Under the pieces are notes generated by a model. That model worked only from the letters and a program-made list of their open reading frames with translations, did no database searches and was not told where the DNA came from. 64,000 nt of DNA from a virus (Duplodnaviria > Caudoviricetes). The stretch is taken from the IMG/VR virus record IMGVR_UViG_2974704384_000001, positions 12,316 through 76,315 of that record; one strand, given 5' to 3'. Positions 63,200 to 64,000 of the stretch are shown here, piece after piece; the stretch's first letter is position 1, and every line of letters begins with the position of its first letter. The position numbers were made by a program, and so were the translations under genes.

Positions 63200-63228
63200 A
63201 CGTTACGCGCCACATACAAAGCGTGCAA
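63200..63228 (-). promoter_or_regulatory. Promoter TTGCAC-17-TAACGT with spacer motif CTTTGTATGTG
   Basis: Direct sequence reading. Confidence 0.7.
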
Positions 63229-63294
63229 GCGCGTTAGCGATTGGGTTAGCGCTAACCGGTTAGTGAACCGAGCAGCTTTTTAGAACATGCGCAG

Positions 63295-63700
63295 ATAGAC
63301 CAGCCAAACGCACGCGCCAACACACAGCCGCACAACCACGCGGCTAGGGCACACACAACACAGCCTCACAGCCACACACAGCCACAAACACGGCGCGGCC
63401 ATACCAGCGACTAGGCGCAGCGCTAAGAAGCACACACAGCGACACACAGCCAGCGCCAGCCATACACACACAGCGCACTAGGGCACAGCCACACAGGGAC
63501 GCACACAGCCAGCCGCACACACAGCGGCCAGAGCACAGCACAGCGGCCAACACACAGGGCACACAGAACCACCTAAGGCACACACCTAAGGCAATGCACA
63601 GGGGAGCGCTAAGCACAGCGCCATACGCCACACAAGGCACAGCACACAGGGCACTAAGGCACGGCACTAAGGGCACACCTAAGGGCACGTTAGCCACAGT
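63295..63700. repeat. Low-complexity CA-rich repeat tract (CACACAGC / AGGGCAC / CTAAGGCAC units)
   Basis: Very low T content on plus strand; many imperfect short repeats. Confidence 0.85.
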
Positions 63701-63732
63701 GCGACACGCCAAAAACCGACACACCGAGAGTG

Positions 63733-63762
63733 TTGACATGCACGCTACGCGTGCTGTACCAT
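63733..63762 (+). promoter_or_regulatory. Rightward SigA-type promoter TTGACA-18-TACCAT facing the genome end
   Basis: Near-consensus hexamers; GCACG-N5-CGTGC palindrome in spacer. Confidence 0.7.
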
Positions 63763-63990
63763 GCCCGACCCTTGACGGAGCAAACGATGAGCACATGTTT
63801 GCTGCCTCAGCCTAAGCCATTGTTTCGATCATAGCGACATAACCGCAGGTCAGAGGGCATGAGCTTGGACCAAAGTGTGTGACTAAGGGCAACCTAAGCC
63901 TTGAGCGAGTCGGCACAGCAAACAGCAAAACCGCAGGTCAGAGGCTTGATCCCCCTGGGGGGTGCCTCGGCGCGGCCAGCGCGCCCCTCC

Positions 63991-64000
63991 TCGATCAGCC
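63991..64000 (+). other. Probable right genome terminus / 3' cohesive end TCGATCAGCC
   Basis: Window ends exactly in this 10-mer, which I recall as the Cluster L mycobacteriophage overhang; not verified by search. Confidence 0.6.

Noticed and set aside
63344-63796. 150-aa Cys/Val/Leu-rich minus-strand ORF
   Set aside because: Its composition follows directly from the GT-rich repeat tract; no convincing RBS.

Overview
This window is the right-hand ~64 kb of a temperate actinobacterial siphovirus genome. It is most consistent with a Cluster L-type mycobacteriophage, based on gene order, the tRNA cluster and the terminal 10-mer TCGATCAGCC. From left to right it contains: the tape-measure C-terminus and minor tail genes; the lysis cassette (lysA, lysB, holin); a leftward accessory block (nucleotidyltransferase, Lsr2, membrane proteins); attP with a tyrosine integrase, repressor, Cro and excisionase; a long rightward early/middle arm (phosphoesterase, SPFH protein, Ro-like DUF2828 protein, Cas4/RecB-like exonuclease, ERF, DnaB, WhiBs, Prs/Nampt pair, PNK, SSB, HicA-like protein, RNA ligase, ClpP, HNHs, DnaQ-like protein); 12 tRNA genes; and a mostly leftward terminal block (AAA+ ATPase, two vWA-like paralogs). 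The strongest finding is an array of three stem-closed ncRNA units directly behind the DUF2828/Ro-like gene, sharing TGTGG-stem-ACAGCAA...AAAAT-stem-CCAGT. The middle unit carries a circularly permuted tRNA mimic of YrlA type, which points to a phage Ro/Y-RNA-like ribonucleoprotein system. Other notable signals are a DUF4417-like gene with two unrelated MGGRGGGG-leader proteins, a short tRNA-Lys-like attP core with a separately promoted phage tRNA-Lys(UUU), two further structured intergenic RNAs, a NARP1-like NAD pathway, and a promoter-spacer motif at a fixed position. All family assignments come from motif recognition by eye; no database searches were run.
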